The notes beneath the pieces were generated by a model, which was not told the origin of the DNA, did not search any database, and saw nothing but the letters and a program-made list of their open reading frames with translations. A program made the translations under genes and the position numbers. A stretch of 30,707 nt of DNA from an uncultured Desulfovibrionaceae bacterium. GTDB taxonomy: Bacteria > Desulfobacterota > Desulfovibrionia > Desulfovibrionales > Desulfovibrionaceae. Of the stretch, positions 1 to 8,641 are shown piece after piece. The first letter of the stretch is position 1; each line of letters begins with the position of its first letter. The stretch is from positions 1-30,707 of the forward strand of contig CAYJCI010000005.1 in the NCBI GenBank assembly GCA_964368595.1, in the 5' to 3' direction.

Positions 1-29
1 ATATATGGAAAATTTTTTTGCAATGCCAT
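1..29 (-). CDS. Possible 5' fragment of a gene running off the left edge (MALQKNFPY...)
   Basis: Minus-strand ATG at 29 is open to the window edge, with a purine-rich AAGGA immediately upstream and in-frame ATG at 38 and TTG at 23 as alternatives. Too short to identify. Confidence 0.25.
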
Positions 30-132
30 ATCCTTCATAGCTATGGTCATAGCTACATAAATGACAAAATATTTATTATATTTTAGTTTGTTGTGCGAAA
101 CGTTTCGTTTAATTTTAGTGAGTTATAGATTT

Positions 133-179
133 AAAAAACTAGAGCTCGTGCTTCTACTTATTAAAAGCACGAGCTCTAG
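133..179 (-). terminator. Intrinsic terminator of the DUF2325 gene
   Basis: Perfect 15-bp inverted repeat CTAGAGCTCGTGCTT (139-153) / AAGCACGAGCTCTAG (165-179), followed by T6 on the minus strand (A133-138). Confidence 0.85.
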
Positions 180-211
180 CGTGATGGTTTGCTTTAGAGC
201 AAATAAAATTT

Positions 212-634
212 TTATGCTGTTGTTTGCTGGTCTAAAGTTCTTTCTATGGCACTAAGGCTAAAATTGCGCATAAGTTGTAAATTTTTATTATGTTTTTTGC
301 AAAGATGTTTTACTTGTAAACAAGCAGAGTGGCTATTGCAATTTACTGGACATAAAATTACATCAGCCCTTTGTAAGCAATTTTCAAGTTTGTTGCCACC
401 TTTGCGCAAGTGGCCTGCGTGATATTCAAATGTATGGCCTTTGTCTTCAATCAGCTTGCGATATAATGATTCCATCCGCTCAATACCACCAACAACCAAA
501 ACACGCTTTGGGCAATTGGCGCAAGGGCAGGGGCTTTTGCAATTTTCGCAACTGTCTTTTGTAGATTTAATTTCATTATTGTTAAAAAAAGAAACAGGCT
601 TGGTTTTTTTATTTAGCTTTGACTTCTTAGCCAT
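212..634 (-). CDS. DUF2325-family protein with a Cys-rich N-terminal segment
   Basis: VLVVGG...ADVILCPVNCNSHSAC..VK..CKK.NK matches the DUF2325 pattern; GGGAG RBS upstream; CENCKSPCPCANC precedes the domain. Confidence 0.8.
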   Translation of the reverse strand: MAKKSKLNKKTKPVSFFNNNEIKSTKDSCENCKSPCPCANCPKRVLVVGGIERMESLYRKLIEDKGHTFEYHAGHLRKGGNKLENCLQRADVILCPVNCNSHSACLQVKHLCKKHNKNLQLMRNFSLSAIERTLDQQTTA

Positions 635-668
635 AATCTTGCTCCCGTAAAAATTACTATACGGCTAC

Positions 669-697
669 AGCTTAATGATTTTGATAATGAAAGTCAA
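669..697 (-). promoter_or_regulatory. Sigma70 promoter of the DUF2325 gene overlapped by a Fur-like box
   Basis: Minus strand reads TTGACT(697-692)-17 nt-TAAGCT(674-669). Positions 681-697 (TTGATAATGAAAGTCAA) form a 17-bp imperfect palindrome resembling the deltaproteobacterial Fur consensus WTGAAAATNATTTTCAW. Confidence 0.65.
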
Positions 698-860
698 TAT
701 TAATTTAAATAAAATTTGTAAATAGATAAATAAAAATTATCAAAGAAAAAAGTAGAGTTAAGGTTTTTATATTTAAGGTAAATTATTTTTTATTGTGGAT
801 TTTATTATTATAAAATTGGGGTTGAGGAAAAAAATTTTAAAATTTTTTATAGTGAAGAAT

Positions 861-888
861 AAAAAAAAGGGAGGCTAAAACCTCCCTT
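861..888 (-). terminator. Intrinsic terminator ending the ileS operon
   Basis: AAGGGAGG-CTAAAA-CCTCCCTT hairpin with a T-run on the minus strand, about 20 nt after the NIL-ferredoxin stop. Confidence 0.85.
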
Positions 889-908
889 CAAGTGATTTGT
901 AAAATAAA

Positions 909-1352
909 CTACATGATTTTTTGTTGCTCTTCCATTTGCATGGCATTAACTGGGCAAACCTTAGTACAGAGTCCGCAAGAAACGCATTTATCTTGAACAA
1001 ATGTAGTTAGGCGGGTTTTGGTGTCAACATACAGGGCATCAACTTTGCAAACTGATGTACACATTCCACAGTGCATGCAAAGCTCTTCATGAAAACATAT
1101 TTGATTGTTTAATCCATATATTTTAATGCCTTTTTCTTTAAGGTAAGCAATGCCTAGGTCAATATTTTCTCGTAAGCCAAGCAGTTCAAGTGTTAAATGC
1201 CCTTCTCTACGGGGGCCAATTTGTGCATTTATGATATTAAAATCAATGTCATATTTACGCACAAGCGTACAAACTATAGGTGCATCAGAAATGTCTGGTG
1301 CAAAGCTAAGCCTGACTTCTTGACGTTGTTGTTTTGATGATTTTTTTGGCAT
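909..1352 (-). CDS. NIL-domain / 2x[4Fe-4S] ferredoxin protein
   Basis: N-terminal NIL-like domain (LSF...PIV..LVRKYDIDFNIINA.I....G.L.LEL.G) and two CxxCxxCxxxC motifs (CMHCGMCTSVC, CVSCGLCTKVCP). Confidence 0.85.
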   Translation of the reverse strand: MPKKSSKQQRQEVRLSFAPDISDAPIVCTLVRKYDIDFNIINAQIGPRREGHLTLELLGLRENIDLGIAYLKEKGIKIYGLNNQICFHEELCMHCGMCTSVCKVDALYVDTKTRLTTFVQDKCVSCGLCTKVCPVNAMQMEEQQKIM

Positions 1353-1357
1353 ATAAA

Positions 1358-2209
1358 TTATTTATTTGTTTGTAAAAATGTTTTAGCACGAGCAGCTTCT
1401 GCTGAAGTTGGGTATTTTTTAATAAGCTCTTGCAAACGAGCTGTAGCAGCAGCCTTTTGACCAAGCTTGCTAAAGCAAATGCCTTGCTTTAAGTAAGCGC
1501 CAGGTACAGATGGGCTTTTGGAATATTGAGTAATAACCTTATCATAAGCAAGGGCTGCATCGCCAAATTTATTTAATTGGAAGTAGCACTCACCAATATA
1601 ATAATGCGCATTACCAACTTGCGGGTGCTTGGCATAGTTTTTAGTAAAGTCGCTAAATGAACGTTGGGCTTGGGTGTACTGTCTTGCGTTAAATGAAGTC
1701 ACACCAGCGTTAAATAATGTTGTAGCCATGTCAGCTTGTGGTGCAGTGGCTGCTGGTGGTTGTGGTGCTACAGGGCTTAAAGTCATGGTGCCGCTGTTAG
1801 GTGTTGCGCCTTCTACAAAGGCACCATCAGCGCCAACAGCGCCTAGGGCTGTTCCAGTTGTGGGCATGCCAGCAACTGGCATAGGTAGCGGGGCATCAAG
1901 GTTTAAGTCCAGTGCGAGTGAGCGCTCAACTTGCCTTAAAGCTGCGTCATGACGATTGACAGTATCCACAAGGTTTTTAGCTCCACCCATGGAATTTAAG
2001 TCGTCCAACTGGCCCTTAATGGCGTTAAGCTCTTGTCGAATTGCTTGCATTTGAGCCCAAGTATCAGCCATGCCAGGTTGAAGCTGGCGTAATTGTTGAT
2101 CTTGTGTGGTGACCTTTGCTTGTAATGCGTCATAATCTTGTTGCTTAGCGCAGCCCAAGCTAAAAGCCATTAAACTTACGGTAATTAATATTATAAATTT
2201 CTTTTGCAT
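1358..2209 (-). CDS. cpoB: Tol-Pal-associated TPR protein CpoB/YbgF, predicted lipoprotein
   Basis: Signal peptide ending SLG-C20, coiled-coil N-terminus, Pro/Ala linker, C-terminal TPRs (NAHYYIGECYF, AYLKQG, LIKKYPTS.EA). Confidence 0.85.
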   Translation of the reverse strand: MQKKFIILITVSLMAFSLGCAKQQDYDALQAKVTTQDQQLRQLQPGMADTWAQMQAIRQELNAIKGQLDDLNSMGGAKNLVDTVNRHDAALRQVERSLALDLNLDAPLPMPVAGMPTTGTALGAVGADGAFVEGATPNSGTMTLSPVAPQPPAATAPQADMATTLFNAGVTSFNARQYTQAQRSFSDFTKNYAKHPQVGNAHYYIGECYFQLNKFGDAALAYDKVITQYSKSPSVPGAYLKQGICFSKLGQKAAATARLQELIKKYPTSAEAARAKTFLQTNK

Positions 2210-2241
2210 AAATTCCCCTTGAGTGAATGTGTTTAATTTTT

Positions 2242-2478
2242 TTATTTATTACCTTCGTTGCTATCATCTTGTAAAGGTATTTTGCTAGCTCTTTTTCTGC
2301 CAGCAAAAATGTAAGCAATTCCACCAATTACAGGAATGAAAACTGCAACTAAAAACCAAAGTGATTTTTCTTGCTCACTTGCAAAATAGCGGCTTCGCAC
2401 ATGCCAGATAGACCATAGGTTTGGTAATATGGGTAGTGCAAGTATAAGCCAATGCCACCATAACATGGATGAAATCAT
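2242..2478 (-). CDS. Small membrane protein, PLDc N-terminal-domain family
   Basis: Two hydrophobic segments with the K..W..VAVFIPVIGGIAY motif. ATG 2478 follows an AAGGA RBS just after the lspA stop. Confidence 0.75.
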   Translation of the reverse strand: MISSMLWWHWLILALPILPNLWSIWHVRSRYFASEQEKSLWFLVAVFIPVIGGIAYIFAGRKRASKIPLQDDSNEGNK

Positions 2479-2482
2479 TTTG

Positions 2483-2959
2483 TTATTTTCCTTTTTTTTC
2501 AGATATATACATGGCAATGCAGGTTAAAAAAGCCCCAATACAAATGGCAATATCTGCCACATTAAATGCAGGCCAATGCCAATTGCCAATATAAAAATCT
2601 AAAAAATCAATTACCGCCCTTAAGCGTATGCGGTCAATTAAATTGCCAAGCGCTCCGCCAAGTATTAAACCCAAGGCTGAAAACAGCACTACGTCATGTT
2701 TGGAGCTTCGAACCAATAAAAATATACAAATGGTGGCAATGATAGTTGCTACTAAAAAAAGCCAAAATTGCCACTCAATATCGGAGCGGTTCAAAAAACC
2801 AAAAGCTGCCCCACGATTACGAATATTTACAAGGTCAAAAAAACCTTCAATTACAGTAATTGAGCGATGCAAAGGAATAGTTGCTACAGCCCACAATTTG
2901 GTGAGCTGGTCAAGCAATATAACCACACTGGCAATTCCTAGCAAAATTTTGTAACGCAT
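2483..2959 (-). CDS. lspA: Lipoprotein signal peptidase II
   Basis: [25 protein letters not shown] and FNVAD motifs. ATG 2959 has a GAAGGGA RBS. Confidence 0.97.
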   Translation of the reverse strand: MRYKILLGIASVVILLDQLTKLWAVATIPLHRSITVIEGFFDLVNIRNRGAAFGFLNRSDIEWQFWLFLVATIIATICIFLLVRSSKHDVVLFSALGLILGGALGNLIDRIRLRAVIDFLDFYIGNWHWPAFNVADIAICIGAFLTCIAMYISEKKGK

Positions 2960-2971
2960 AAATCCCTTCAA

Positions 2972-5809
2972 TTAAGCTGTCATAACCTTAGTGCAGCGTG
3001 GGCAAAGGGTTTTGTGTTCTGGGTTTGTACCTAGATTGGTATTATAAATCCAGCAGCGTTCGCATTTTTCGCCTTTGGCTTTTTCTACACTGATGGCTAT
3101 ATCTTCCATATCTTCTGGGATTACAGCATCTTTTGGTGCTTCGCTAATATCCGCAATATTAAATTGTGATACAATGCAAATGGCTCGCATATCTTCTAAG
3201 ATGTCTGTAAGTAAATCATTAAATACATTGTGCAAATCTTGTTTTACATACAAGGTTACAGCTGTGTCTAAGGAGTGCCCAATGGTACCATCTTGGCGAA
3301 GTGGCTCAATAGCGCGAATAATTGCCGCACGCACATTAAATAGCTTAGCCCAATTATTGCGTGCATCGTCTGACAATAAGTAACCATTTTGCTGTAATTC
3401 TTCAGCACCAAGTGCTGGTAGGGCAAATACCGTGCTTACAGCTTGCTCACGTAGGGCTTCTGGTACAAAATTATGCACTTCTTCGGCGGTAAAGCTTAAA
3501 ATTGGTGCCATATCACGCAAAATTAGTTCTACTATATAGAACAGAGCAGTTTGCGCGGAGCGGCGCTCCTTGCTACTTGTGCCAGAAGCATAGAGGCGAT
3601 CTTTTAATATGTCCAAATAATTTGCAGAAAGGTCAGTTGTGCACAAATTATGCAATGTATGGAATATTTTGTGGAATTCAAAATTTGCATAGGCTTCTTG
3701 CATGCGAATATGAGCCTTTGCTACAACGTCTAAAGCATGGCGGTCAAGTGGCTCCATTTCATTTATGGCAACTAGTTGGTCTTTGCTTAAATCGCTAATA
3801 TTACCAAGTAAATAGCGACAAGTATTGCGAATTCTGCGGTAGGCATCCACAAGGCGATTTAGTATTTCATCGGAAATGCGAATATCTTCACGATACTCCA
3901 CTGATGATACCCAAAGTCTGATGATTTCTGCACCAAATTTGTCAATTAACTCTTGTGGGGCAATTACGTTACCAATGGATTTTGACATCTTTCGCCCAGA
4001 GCCGTCCACAACATAACCATGAGTTAATACAGATTTATATGGTGGAGTATTGCGTGTGGCAATGGATGCCAATAGGGAAGAATGGAACCAACCCCTGTGC
4101 TGGTCTGAACCCTCTAAGTATAAATCGGCAGGGAATTGGCATTCTTCACGCTTTTCAACAACTGCGGTAAAGCTTGTGCCAGAGTCAAACCATACATCAA
4201 GTATGTCTGTTTCCTTTTTCCAATCCTTGGCGCTGCATTTGGGGCATGCAAGGTCAGCTGGAACAATGTCCGCAATATCAGTTTCATACCAGTAGTCACA
4301 ACCAGTAGAATGGCCTGCAAAGCGATCTGCCATTTCGTGCATCCATTTAGCATCATGCCAAGCTTCACCACAAGAGTTACAAAGCAGGGCAACGATAGGA
4401 ACACCCCATTGACGTTGGCGTGAAATGCACCAATCAGGGCGGAACTCAATCATATTATAGATACGCTCTTCACCCCAAGTTGGAATCCATTTTACTTTAT
4501 TGCGAATGGCATCCAAGGCACGTTTGCGAAGGTCATTTTTCTCCATGCCAATAAACCATTGAGTTGTAGCACGGAAAATAACTGGCTTTTTGCAACGCCA
4601 ACAATGTGGGTAGGAGTGGCTAATTTGCTCAGATGCAAGTAGATTGCCAACTTCCTCTAACTTTTCAATGACTTTGGGGTTTGATTCAAATACTGTTAGG
4701 CCTGCAAAAAATTGCACGCTATCTAAAAAACGCCCAGCATCATCAAGAGGTGAATAAATTTCAAGATTATATTTTAGGCCAACTTCATAGTCTTCACGCC
4801 CGTGGCCAGGGGCTGTATGAACGCAGCCAGTGCCAGCATCAAGGGTAACGTGCTCACCAAGCACTAAGGGAGATTTGCGCTCATAGAAGGGATGATTTGC
4901 AACTAAGCCCTCAAGCTCACTGCCTTGCACTTCACCATGAGTGGTATAGTTTTCAAAGCCAAAAATCTTAGCACAATTTTCAGCTAACTCTTTAGCTACT
5001 AAATAAAAATTACCTTCATGTTCAATTAATGTGTATAGAAATTCAGGGTGCAAGCAAACAGCCATATTGTCTGGCAAAGTCCAAGGGGTGGTTGTCCAGA
5101 TAACTGCAAAAGTTTTGTCCACATTAGCTTTAGGGAAAAGCTTGGCGATGCCTGCATCATTTAATGAAAAGCGTACAAAAATTGATGGGGACTTGTGGTC
5201 ATAATATTCAACCTCTGCTTCAGCAAGGGCTGTATTACAAGAACAACACCAATAAATGGGCTTTTTGCTGCGTGCTAAATTGCCTGCGTCAGAAACATCA
5301 GCAAGGGCATGAGCGGTTGCTGCTTCATAGCTTGGGTCCATGCTCATGTATGGTTTTTCCCAAGTGCCGAAAACGCCCAAGCGCTTAAACTCTTTGCGCT
5401 GAATATCTATGTATTTTGAAGCATATTTGCGGCATTCTTTGCGAACCACGTGAGCAGGGAGGGTTTTTTTCTTCTCGCCAAGTTCATGCTCAACCTTAAG
5501 CTCAATAGGCAGGCCATGACAGTCCCAGCCTGGTACATATTCTGCGGCAAAGCCCTGCATATTTTGTGATTTTACAATAATATCTTTTAAAATTTTATTT
5601 AAGGCTGTGCCCATGTGTATATGCCCATTGGCATAAGGGGGGCCGTCATGCAGTACATAACGTCCTTTCTTACCTGATGCTTGAACCATTAGCTTGTAAG
5701 CATCCATTTGTTCCCAACGCTTGAGCATTTCTGGCTCACGTTGAACTAGGTTGGCTTTCATGGGAAAGCGGGTGTCAGGCAAATTTAGGCTTTTTTTGTA
5801 ATCACTCAT
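2972..5809 (-). CDS. ileS: Isoleucine--tRNA ligase (type 1)
   Basis: [39 protein letters not shown] and a C-terminal CERC...CPRC zinc finger. ATG 5809 follows GGAG. Confidence 0.98.
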   Translation of the reverse strand: MSDYKKSLNLPDTRFPMKANLVQREPEMLKRWEQMDAYKLMVQASGKKGRYVLHDGPPYANGHIHMGTALNKILKDIIVKSQNMQGFAAEYVPGWDCHGLPIELKVEHELGEKKKTLPAHVVRKECRKYASKYIDIQRKEFKRLGVFGTWEKPYMSMDPSYEAATAHALADVSDAGNLARSKKPIYWCCSCNTALAEAEVEYYDHKSPSIFVRFSLNDAGIAKLFPKANVDKTFAVIWTTTPWTLPDNMAVCLHPEFLYTLIEHEGNFYLVAKELAENCAKIFGFENYTTHGEVQGSELEGLVANHPFYERKSPLVLGEHVTLDAGTGCVHTAPGHGREDYEVGLKYNLEIYSPLDDAGRFLDSVQFFAGLTVFESNPKVIEKLEEVGNLLASEQISHSYPHCWRCKKPVIFRATTQWFIGMEKNDLRKRALDAIRNKVKWIPTWGEERIYNMIEFRPDWCISRQRQWGVPIVALLCNSCGEAWHDAKWMHEMADRFAGHSTGCDYWYETDIADIVPADLACPKCSAKDWKKETDILDVWFDSGTSFTAVVEKREECQFPADLYLEGSDQHRGWFHSSLLASIATRNTPPYKSVLTHGYVVDGSGRKMSKSIGNVIAPQELIDKFGAEIIRLWVSSVEYREDIRISDEILNRLVDAYRRIRNTCRYLLGNISDLSKDQLVAINEMEPLDRHALDVVAKAHIRMQEAYANFEFHKIFHTLHNLCTTDLSANYLDILKDRLYASGTSSKERRSAQTALFYIVELILRDMAPILSFTAEEVHNFVPEALREQAVSTVFALPALGAEELQQNGYLLSDDARNNWAKLFNVRAAIIRAIEPLRQDGTIGHSLDTAVTLYVKQDLHNVFNDLLTDILEDMRAICIVSQFNIADISEAPKDAVIPEDMEDIAISVEKAKGEKCERCWIYNTNLGTNPEHKTLCPRCTKVMTA

Positions 5810-5861
5810 ACTATCTCCAATACACAAAATACGGCACTATAAGGCCAAAAAGTAATTCGAC

Positions 5862-5891
5862 ACTATGGGGTAAAAAGGAGTGAAATGTCAA
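5862..5891 (-). promoter_or_regulatory. Putative sigma70 promoter of the ileS operon
   Basis: Minus strand TTGACA(5891-5886)-18 nt-CATAGT(5867-5862), about 50 nt upstream of the ileS start. Confidence 0.55.
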
Positions 5892-5953
5892 GGAAAGAGC
5901 TTGGCTTTTATGGTGTATATTCCGTAATTTTTTAAGGCATTTTTATGTTTGTA

Positions 5954-7480
5954 TTATTTTTTTAATAGGGCCTGTGCATAACGCTCAACTGGTGCAAAAT
6001 CATCATAAAGCGGGCCAACATCTTGAGTTACTTTTTTATTAATTTGGGTACTTAGCATCTCCATAATGGGTTTTGAAAATGTAGCATTTTTGTTATTTAT
6101 TGTGGCAATAATATCATCACGTTTAACTGGTAGGGCCATGACCATAAAGTTTTGCACGTCTTTTAATGGTGTATTTGGCTCTACTGCAAAAATTAAAACT
6201 TGTTCAAAAACTTGGCTTAAAGCACCGTAAATACTTTGAAATATATAGCTATCCTTGCCTTCAAAGGCTGATATAATATTCATCATTACTGCGCCATCAT
6301 CTTTTACGCTATGGCGAAGGGCTTTTGCTGCCTCCACTGTGCCCATATGAAAAGGAACTGAATAATGAGAGTTAAATACATCAACAAAAACAAGGTCATA
6401 CTTGTTAGTGTTTCTATTAATAAAACGTCGTGCGTCATCATGATAAATGTTCATACGCTTGTCATCAGGTAAGCCAAAGGATGCTTTGGCAAGTTTGGTC
6501 ATGCCTGAATCAAGCTCAACAACATCTAGGCGCAATTTTTCACCATTAAGCCCACCATGCCCAGCTAAAAGCCACTTGGGAACTGAATAACCACCCCCAC
6601 CAAGCATGAGGATTTGCTCAGTTTTTGGGAATAGCACTGTGCCAAGAGCATAATATTTAGTATATTTAAACATTAACTCTGATGGATTGTCTAAATATGT
6701 GCCCGACTGGGCATAGCCTGGGTCTGTTGCCATATAAAGCACAGGGCGATTATTTTCACTGTAGCCTTTGATTAAGCGTATGTTGCTGTGTGGAGTTTCC
6801 ACAGCAGGGGGCGTCCCCCCCTTGGTCATGCTGTCTTCATAAAAATTATTGAAGGTAAAAATCATGGGAATGGCAGCAAAAATTAAAATGCGTGGCATAA
6901 GTTCAGCAGGGCCGCCCTTGTTCCAAACCAATAATGAAAGAAGAACCATACTTGCACTAACACCAAGTAAAATATGTGTGCTTGAAAAAAATGAGATTAA
7001 AACAAAACCACCTAAAAATGTGCCCACAATACTACCAGCAGTAGAAAGGGCGTACAATCGGCCAACTGTGGCCCCTGAGGTTGCAAGGTCTGCAAGTCTT
7101 AAACGAATAATATAGGGCGAAACCATACCAAAAAGCACAGCAGGAAATGCAAAAAGACCAAGAGCAGCCACAACTGCAGCTAAATAAATATTGCCAATGC
7201 TTTCGCTAACTGCAATGCCCATGAAACGGTGCCCAAATGCCGTAAGCGCACAGCCAGCGCCAGCACCTGCTAAGATGCGCCCAAGTGTTGCAAATGAAAG
7301 AGTTTTATCTGCAATACGCCCGCCAAGCCATGCTCCACAAGCAAGGCAAGCAAGCACAACCCCAATGAGGCTTGTCCAAACAATTACTGATGTGCCAAGG
7401 TATGGGGCCATAACTCTTGCCCCAACCATTTCAAGCACCATGATTAAAGCGCCACTAGTAAATATTACAAATTCAAGCAT
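5954..7480 (-). CDS. Fused membrane domain / spermidine-synthase-like protein
   Basis: Multi-TM N-terminus (SGALIMVLEMVGAR..APYLGTS..VWTS, GRLYALSTAGSIVGTF) followed by a SAM-binding fold (ILMLGGGG, VVELD, DARRF, YDLVFVDVF). Confidence 0.88.
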   Translation of the reverse strand: MLEFVIFTSGALIMVLEMVGARVMAPYLGTSVIVWTSLIGVVLACLACGAWLGGRIADKTLSFATLGRILAGAGAGCALTAFGHRFMGIAVSESIGNIYLAAVVAALGLFAFPAVLFGMVSPYIIRLRLADLATSGATVGRLYALSTAGSIVGTFLGGFVLISFFSSTHILLGVSASMVLLSLLVWNKGGPAELMPRILIFAAIPMIFTFNNFYEDSMTKGGTPPAVETPHSNIRLIKGYSENNRPVLYMATDPGYAQSGTYLDNPSELMFKYTKYYALGTVLFPKTEQILMLGGGGYSVPKWLLAGHGGLNGEKLRLDVVELDSGMTKLAKASFGLPDDKRMNIYHDDARRFINRNTNKYDLVFVDVFNSHYSVPFHMGTVEAAKALRHSVKDDGAVMMNIISAFEGKDSYIFQSIYGALSQVFEQVLIFAVEPNTPLKDVQNFMVMALPVKRDDIIATINNKNATFSKPIMEMLSTQINKKVTQDVGPLYDDFAPVERYAQALLKK

Positions 7481-7518
7481 GCTATTACCTATTTATATAA
7501 TTTAATTTTGCTGTGTAT

Positions 7519-7560
7519 AAAAAATTGTGACTTCCTAAATTATTGTAAAGGAAGCCACAA
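7519..7560 (-). terminator. Intrinsic terminator after pyk and the HD-GYP gene
   Basis: Minus-strand stem TTGTGGCTTCCT/AGGAAGTCACAA followed by a T-run. Its G-U pair forms only on the minus strand. Confidence 0.7.
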
Positions 7561-7600
7561 GGGCATTTGCTAAGCTGTAAAAATAAATATGAATTATAAT

Positions 7601-8638
7601 TTATTTTGTTGGTTTTTCTTCTGGTATAGTATTAATTTCTTTCGCAATTACAGCCATGACTATTTTAGCTGTAAATTTTTTATCAAACTGCTTGGATGAT
7701 TCCATAAGTTCTTTGGCAGCGGCTTCAAGGTGTTTAGCATTTTGATAGGGGCGCTCACCAATCATGGCACAAAAAGTATCCGCCACAGCGCAAAGGCGAC
7801 CAAGGGTGCTTATACCTTGTTCTCCTTTAGCTTTTTGAGGGTAGCCTGAGCCATCAAGCCTTTCATGATGCTCTAAAATGCAACGCGTAAGTTCATCAAA
7901 GGCAAGGTCGAGTTTTTGCATCACTTTGTAACCAAGGAATGGATGCATGAGCACTTTATCCCTATCTTCACGAGACATTTTGCCTGTTTTGCCATAGATG
8001 AAGTTTGGAATTTTTGACATGCCAATGTCATGCAAAAGTAAAGCAAGTGCCACACGGTCAAAATTACGCCTTGTGGCATTGTCTTTTGATGTGGTTTCAA
8101 TCCAAAGCCATAAACCAATAATCATTGTATTTACTGCATGGTGTGATTGTTTGTATGGCTTATACAGGCGGCGCATAAAATATTTTAGCCTATGCTTATC
8201 ATGCCACATCCATTCAGTAACAACCATTAAAGCTTTGTATAATGGGTCAAAAACTGACTTGATTGGGCTTTGGCTAAATTCATCAAAATATAATACTAAA
8301 GCACGCATGCAGATGTCAGTAATTTCAGTGTCTTTTAAGTTTGCATCTTGTAGAACAAGGTCAAGCTGCTTAACCATATGCTCAGAGTAAATGTGATGGT
8401 CTGAGCGAGAAACAAATAGTAATCCAGCAGCGCAATATGTTTTTATTTCATCAACTTGCTCATTACTAAGTCTTTGGTCTTTGCGGCTATAGGGTGCAAG
8501 TATAAGAATGTCCTCTTTAAAAAAGTACAAATCAATGGGTAACCTGTACTTAGGAAAAGAGCTTAGTATTTCGCAGCTAATTTGGTAATATTGTTCACTA
8601 ATATTACCTGGAACATTCTTGACACGTTTTGCGCACAT
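7601..8638 (-). CDS. HD-GYP domain protein (c-di-GMP phosphodiesterase-like)
   Basis: LLHDIG, HP, HHERLDGSGYP, AVAD and RPY motifs. Starts 3 nt after the pyk stop. Confidence 0.88.
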   Translation of the reverse strand: MCAKRVKNVPGNISEQYYQISCEILSSFPKYRLPIDLYFFKEDILILAPYSRKDQRLSNEQVDEIKTYCAAGLLFVSRSDHHIYSEHMVKQLDLVLQDANLKDTEITDICMRALVLYFDEFSQSPIKSVFDPLYKALMVVTEWMWHDKHRLKYFMRRLYKPYKQSHHAVNTMIIGLWLWIETTSKDNATRRNFDRVALALLLHDIGMSKIPNFIYGKTGKMSREDRDKVLMHPFLGYKVMQKLDLAFDELTRCILEHHERLDGSGYPQKAKGEQGISTLGRLCAVADTFCAMIGERPYQNAKHLEAAAKELMESSKQFDKKFTAKIVMAVIAKEINTIPEEKPTK

Positions 8639-8641
8639 ATT

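Noticed and set aside
5602..5616. IleRS HIGH motif reads HMGT
   Set aside because: Variation at this motif occurs in type 1 IleRS, the rest of the protein is intact, and nothing supports altered function or mupirocin resistance.
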